Shown in pieces: positions 56,388 to 64,000 of a stretch of 64,000 bases of DNA. How positions within the stretch are numbered: the first letter of the stretch is position 1; each line of letters opens with the position of its first letter. Both the position numbers and the translations under genes were made by a program. The notes beneath the pieces were generated by a model, which searched no databases, had not been told where the DNA came from, and saw only the letters and a program-made list of their open reading frames with translations. Origin of the DNA: Candidatus Aminicenantes bacterium. GTDB lineage: Bacteria > Acidobacteriota > Aminicenantia > Aminicenantales > Saccharicenantaceae. The stretch is taken from positions 26,062 to 90,061 of the forward strand of contig CAWECI010000025.1 of NCBI GenBank assembly GCA_963807525.1, given 5' to 3'.

Positions 56388-56839
56388 GGTGCTCCTACTG
56401 CGGTTTCCTCGAAAGCAAGGTCATCGATTCCCGGGAGAGCAAGAAGGGGATCTCGATCCGGCGGCGCCGCGAATGCCTGTCCTGCCACCGCCGGTTCACC
56501 ACCTACGAGAAGATCGAGGAGATCCCCTACATGGTCGTCAAGAAGGACGGCTCCCGCCAGCCCTTCGACACCCAGAAGCTCCTCCGGGGGATGATGAAGG
56601 CCTGCGAGAAGCGGCCGATCCAGATCAGCCAGCTCGAGGAGATCGCCGAAGAGATCGAGTCCCTGCTCCAGGAGCGGCCGGACAAGGAGATCGGCGTGGC
56701 CGAGATCGGCCAGCTGGTCATGGACCGGCTCAAGGAGCTGGATAAGGTCGCCTACGTGAGGTTCGCCTCGGTCTACCGCGAGTTCGGCGACGTCGCCGAG
56801 TTCCGCCGGGAGCTCGAGGACCTCATGAAGGAAAAATAG
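56384..56839 (+). CDS. nrdR: transcriptional repressor NrdR
   Basis: MRCSYCGFLESKVIDSRE...CLSCHRRFTTYE zinc ribbon + ATP-cone; ATGA overlap with upstream gene. Confidence 0.9.
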   Translation: MRCSYCGFLESKVIDSRESKKGISIRRRRECLSCHRRFTTYEKIEEIPYMVVKKDGSRQPFDTQKLLRGMMKACEKRPIQISQLEEIAEEIESLLQERPDKEIGVAEIGQLVMDRLKELDKVAYVRFASVYREFGDVAEFRRELEDLMKEK

Positions 56840-56854
56840 CCCCCGCCGTCCGCC

Positions 56855-57304
56855 ATGGTCCGTCGCATCAAGCCCGTTGCCCGACCCGCCAAGGCCGTCC
56901 CGCGCGTCCACACGACGGCCCTGGCCAGGCGGATGAGCGAGCCGCGCCTGCCCGCCCCCGGCGAGGTGACCATCCCGGCCATCGACATTTACGAGACGCC
57001 GACCGAATACATCGTCGAGATGGAACTGCCCGGCGTGGACGGCGAGGACATCAAGGTCCTGCTCTTCGCGAGCCGGCTCGAGGTCACCGGCTTCAAGCGC
57101 GAGCTGGACACGCCCCACGGCTCGCGCTACACGCGCCTCGAGCGGGAGTACGGCGCCTTTCGGCGGGATGTCGTGGTGCCCGGCGCGTTCGATCCCGGCC
57201 AGGCCTTCGCCGGGCTCGAGAAGGGCGTCCTGACCATCATTCTGCAGAAGCCGCCCCGGAAGCGGCGGGACGTCGAGATCAAGGTCCGGCGCGGCGCCGG
57301 CTAA
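56855..57304 (+). CDS. Hsp20/alpha-crystallin family small heat-shock protein
   Basis: 149 aa; alpha-crystallin domain IDIYETPTEYIVEMELPGV...GVLTIIL. Confidence 0.75.
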   Translation: MVRRIKPVARPAKAVPRVHTTALARRMSEPRLPAPGEVTIPAIDIYETPTEYIVEMELPGVDGEDIKVLLFASRLEVTGFKRELDTPHGSRYTRLEREYGAFRRDVVVPGAFDPGQAFAGLEKGVLTIILQKPPRKRRDVEIKVRRGAG

Positions 57305-57323
57305 GCCCGATTGGAGAACTCTC

Positions 57324-59762
<2,439 letters not shown>

Positions 59763-59767
59763 AAGAA

Positions 59768-59829
59768 GGTACCGGGTTTACGCATTACGCAAGATCCGGA
59801 GAAGACGCGTAATGCGTAAGCCCGGTACC
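59768..59829 (+). terminator. long imperfect hairpin (23-bp arms GGTACCGGGTTTACGCATTACGC / GCGTAATGCGTAAGCCCGGTACC, 16-nt loop) after lon
   Basis: read directly, 1 mismatch; no U-tract. Confidence 0.45.
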
Positions 59830-59854
59830 TTCCGGGGATTCCGGGGGAAGACGA

Positions 59855-60829
59855 ATGCGGCTGAGGCACCTGGGCGAACGGCGCGTCATCTCGCGCATTC
59901 GGCGCGCCTTCGCCGAAAAGCGGTCCGATGTCCTGCTGGGCATCGGGGACGACGCGGCCCTGGTCCGGGGCCCGGAGCGTCTCCTCGTGACGATGGACAT
60001 CCTGGTCGAGGACGAGGATTTCCGGCGGGACGATCATCCGCCGCGCCTGCTCGGCCGCAAGGCCCTGAACGTCAACCTGTCCGATATCGCCGCCATGGGC
60101 GGGCGGCCGCTGCACGCGCTCGTCGGTCTGGCCCTGCCGGGCGACGTCGAGGAGAGCTGGCTGCGGCAATTCATGGCCGGACTGCGCAGCGCCGCCCGCG
60201 CCGCGGGCGTGGCCCTGGTCGGGGGAGACCTGTCCCAGTCCCGCGAGATCATGATCGCGGTGACCGTGACGGGCGAGTCCCGCTTTCACGTGACCCGGTC
60301 CGGCGCCAAGCCCGGCGACGCGATCTTCGTCTCCGGCACGCTCGGCGACGCGGCCGGGGGTCTGCGGCTGCTCGAAAAGGGAGGCATCTCCGGGGTGGCC
60401 AAGCCCGTCGAGCCCCTGCTCGCGGCCTTCCTGGACCCCGAACCTCGGCTGAAGCTCGGCGCCCTGCTGGCCCGCCGGCGGCTGGCCTCGGCCATGATCG
60501 ACCTTTCCGACGGCCTGTCGGTCGATCTGAGGCATATCTGCGAGGAAAGCGGCACCGGCGCCGAGGTCGAAGCGGCCCGGGTCCCGATCTCGCCGGCCCT
60601 GGCCCGGTTCGCCCGGGACCCACTGGACATGGCCCTCAACGGGGGAGAGGATTTCGAGCTGCTGTTCACGGTCCGGCCGGCCAAGGTCGCGGCGATCGAG
60701 GCTCTGGCCCGGACGAACCGGCTCACCAGGATCGGCCGCGTGACCTCCGGCCGGACGGTCCGGCTGATCACCGCGAAGAACAGGAAGACGGTCCTTCGCC
60801 CCAGGGGCTTCGAGCATTTTTCCGGGTGA
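59855..60829 (+). CDS. thiL: thiamine-monophosphate kinase (PurM-like fold)
   Basis: 324 aa; LGIGDDAALV, AIR-synthase-related N- and C-domains; ThiL-like length. Confidence 0.65.
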   Translation: MRLRHLGERRVISRIRRAFAEKRSDVLLGIGDDAALVRGPERLLVTMDILVEDEDFRRDDHPPRLLGRKALNVNLSDIAAMGGRPLHALVGLALPGDVEESWLRQFMAGLRSAARAAGVALVGGDLSQSREIMIAVTVTGESRFHVTRSGAKPGDAIFVSGTLGDAAGGLRLLEKGGISGVAKPVEPLLAAFLDPEPRLKLGALLARRRLASAMIDLSDGLSVDLRHICEESGTGAEVEAARVPISPALARFARDPLDMALNGGEDFELLFTVRPAKVAAIEALARTNRLTRIGRVTSGRTVRLITAKNRKTVLRPRGFEHFSG

Positions 60830-60852
60830 TCGGGGGGGCGCCGCGCGGGCGC

Positions 60853-61703
60853 TCAGGCGGCGGGATAGTCTCCGGAAAACGCGACCTCGGCCGGTCCGGT
60901 CTGGAAGAGCTCGCCGCCCTCGGGCCACTCGATCTTCAAGCTCCCGAGCGCCGTGCGCACGGTGACCGTTCTGTCAACCAACCCCTTGGTCATGGCCGCG
61001 GCCGCCGCGGCCGCCGAGCCCGTCCCCGAGGCCAGGGTCTCGCCGACGCCGCGCTCCCAGAAACGGACCTCGATCTCCGAGCGGCTCAGAACCCGGATGA
61101 ACTCCACGTTCGTCCGCTTGGGAAAGAAGGGGTGGGTTTCGATGCCGGCGCCGATCGCGTGCCATTCGCCGCGAGGCGGCAGCTCGTCGAAAAAGAGGGA
61201 GCAGTGGGGATTGCCCATGGACAGGCATGTGACCGGGAACGTCTTCTTGACAACGAAGAGGGGATAGTCGGCCACGCGGTCGAGGCTCCGGCCGTCGTCG
61301 AACGGGATGTCCTTGGCCGCGAGGCCCGGCACGCCGAGGCCGATCCGGACCTCGAACCGGGGGCCCTGGGAGGACAGGACCTGGGCCGGCCGGTCGCCGG
61401 CGGCCGTGTGGAAGAGGATCCGCGGCGTCTGGACTGCGCCGCACCAGGCGAGATAGGCGGCCGCGCAGCGCAGGCCGTTGCCGGAGATCTCGGCCTCGCT
61501 GCCGTCGGCGTTGAAGACCCGGAAACGGACCTCGGCGGGATCCGTCCGCTCGAGACCCAGCAGGATGAGTCCGTCCGCGCCGACGCCGGTGTGGCGCTCG
61601 CAGATCCGCCGGGCCAGGTCCCCGGCCGCGGCCGGGGATAGGCCCGCTCCGGACTCGGTTAACAGGAAGTCGTTGCCGAGCCCGTGGACCTTGACGATCC
61701 GCA

Positions 61704-61707
<4 letters not shown>
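60853..61707 (-). CDS. dapF: diaminopimelate epimerase
   Basis: 284 aa; N-terminal KVHGLGNDFLL; second-half active-site MGNPHCSLF. Confidence 0.85.
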
Positions 61708-63263
<1,556 letters not shown>

Positions 63264-63345
63264 ATCAGGCCTGAAAATTCAATTTTCCCAGGTCTTCCCA
63301 AAACTCGGCCGGCCCGGGGATGGTTGCGGAAAGCGGGGACGTCTC

Positions 63346-63413
63346 GGAAAATGGGGACGTTTCTATTTTCCCCAACCGGTGACCCTGGGAAAATAGAAAC
63401 GTCCCCATTTTCC
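63346..63413. repeat. second copy of palindromic element (arms GGAAAATGGGGACGTTTCTATTTTCC, 16-nt loop) in degP/tmk divergent intergenic region
   Basis: 26-bp perfect inverted repeat read directly; core identical to 5925-5997. Confidence 0.75.
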
Positions 63414-63438
63414 CCGATTTTTGCTATCATGGCGCCGC

Positions 63439-64000
63439 CATGCCCGCTAAGCGCCGCGGCCTGCTCATCGTCCTGGAAGGGATCGACGGCTCCGGCAAGA
63501 CGACCCAGGCCCGGTCGCTTCTCCGCCGCCTCCGGCGGCGGGGCTTCGAGGCCGTCTTTTCCCGCGAGCCGACCCGAGGGCGATGGGGCCGCGAGATCAA
63601 GCGGCACGCCCTCCGGGCCGATTCGCTGACGCCGGAGCAGGAGCTCGATCTCTTCGTCAAGGACCGGCGGGAGCACGTCGCCAAGGATCTCAGGCCGGCC
63701 CTCGCCGCCGGGAAGATCGTCGTCCTGGACCGCTACTATTTCTCGACGATCGCCTACCAGGGAGCCAAGGGCATCGACCCTGGCCGGATCCGCTGCCTGA
63801 ACGAAACTTTTGCCGTCAAGCCAGACCTCGTCCTCTTCCTCGACGTCGCCGCGGCCTCTGGCTTGAGCCGGATCGCCGGCCGGAAGACGCGCGACGCGCT
63901 CTTCGAGCGCCAGGACTACCTCGTTCGCGTGGCCCGCATCTTCGCCGGCTTCAGGGGCCCCCGCTTCGTCCATATCGACGGTCGCGGCGACAAGCGCGCC
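63439..64000 (+). CDS. tmk: thymidylate kinase (3' end beyond window)
   Basis: MPAKRRGLLIVLEGIDGSGKTT P-loop, DRYYFSTIAYQGA; not in ORF track because no stop in window. Confidence 0.85.

Noticed and set aside
59763-59870. TPP riboswitch upstream of thiL
   Set aside because: The CUGAGG-like string lies inside the thiL coding start (MRLRHLG), and no thi-box consensus is found in the leader.

Overview
The window is a ~70% GC bacterial chromosomal segment. Its gene content fits an Acidobacteriota-like organism: a GWxTD-domain protein, CarboxypepD_reg-type TonB-dependent receptors, and many TPR fusions.

Three broad blocks are present:
(i) Coordinates 1-36700: a glycan-catabolism neighbourhood. 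It holds predicted GH18, GH42, GH116-like, GH2 and GH38 hydrolases, a TonB-dependent receptor, a sulfatase-like/TPR protein, fucI, galK, a UshA-like 5'-nucleotidase, and a PMT-like GT-C glycosyltransferase with a TPR tail.
(ii) Coordinates 36800-48800: regulatory and nitrogen genes. These are a sigma54-dependent response regulator with a hybrid histidine kinase, and a NarL-type two-component system followed by amt, an outer-membrane protein and asnB.
(iii) Coordinates 48900-55300: a conspicuously low-GC mosaic islet anchored at a tRNA-Gln(CUG) gene. It carries at least two degenerate direct copies of the tRNA 3' end plus about 120 bp of flank. Its cargo is a YtrA-type GntR/ABC cassette, a SnoaL-like lipoprotein and hypothetical membrane proteins. 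No integrase is visible.

Housekeeping genes follow the islet: a UPF0104 membrane protein, nrdR, hsp20, lon, thiL, dapF, degP and tmk.

Other notable observations:
- Two RNA genes are called: tRNA-Glu(CUC) and tRNA-Gln(CUG).
- A repeated palindromic element built on AAAATGGGGACGTTTCTATTTT occurs at two distant loci.
- A 30-bp perfect hairpin lies in a structured ~330-nt leader upstream of a stand-alone GMP-synthase ATP-pyrophosphatase subunit.
- Three genes carry single-base frameshifts in G/C homopolymers: a CE4 deacetylase, fucI and degP. These are probably assembly indels but could be pseudogenes.
- Several promoters sit so close to start codons that they imply leaderless mRNAs.

No CRISPR array, integrase or transposase is recognisable. 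I cannot confidently assign a specific novel defence or toxin system. The most unusual candidates are the tRNA-Gln islet, the GWxTD/TPR/TBDR operon, and a pentapeptide-repeat protein with an unassigned C-terminal alpha/beta domain.
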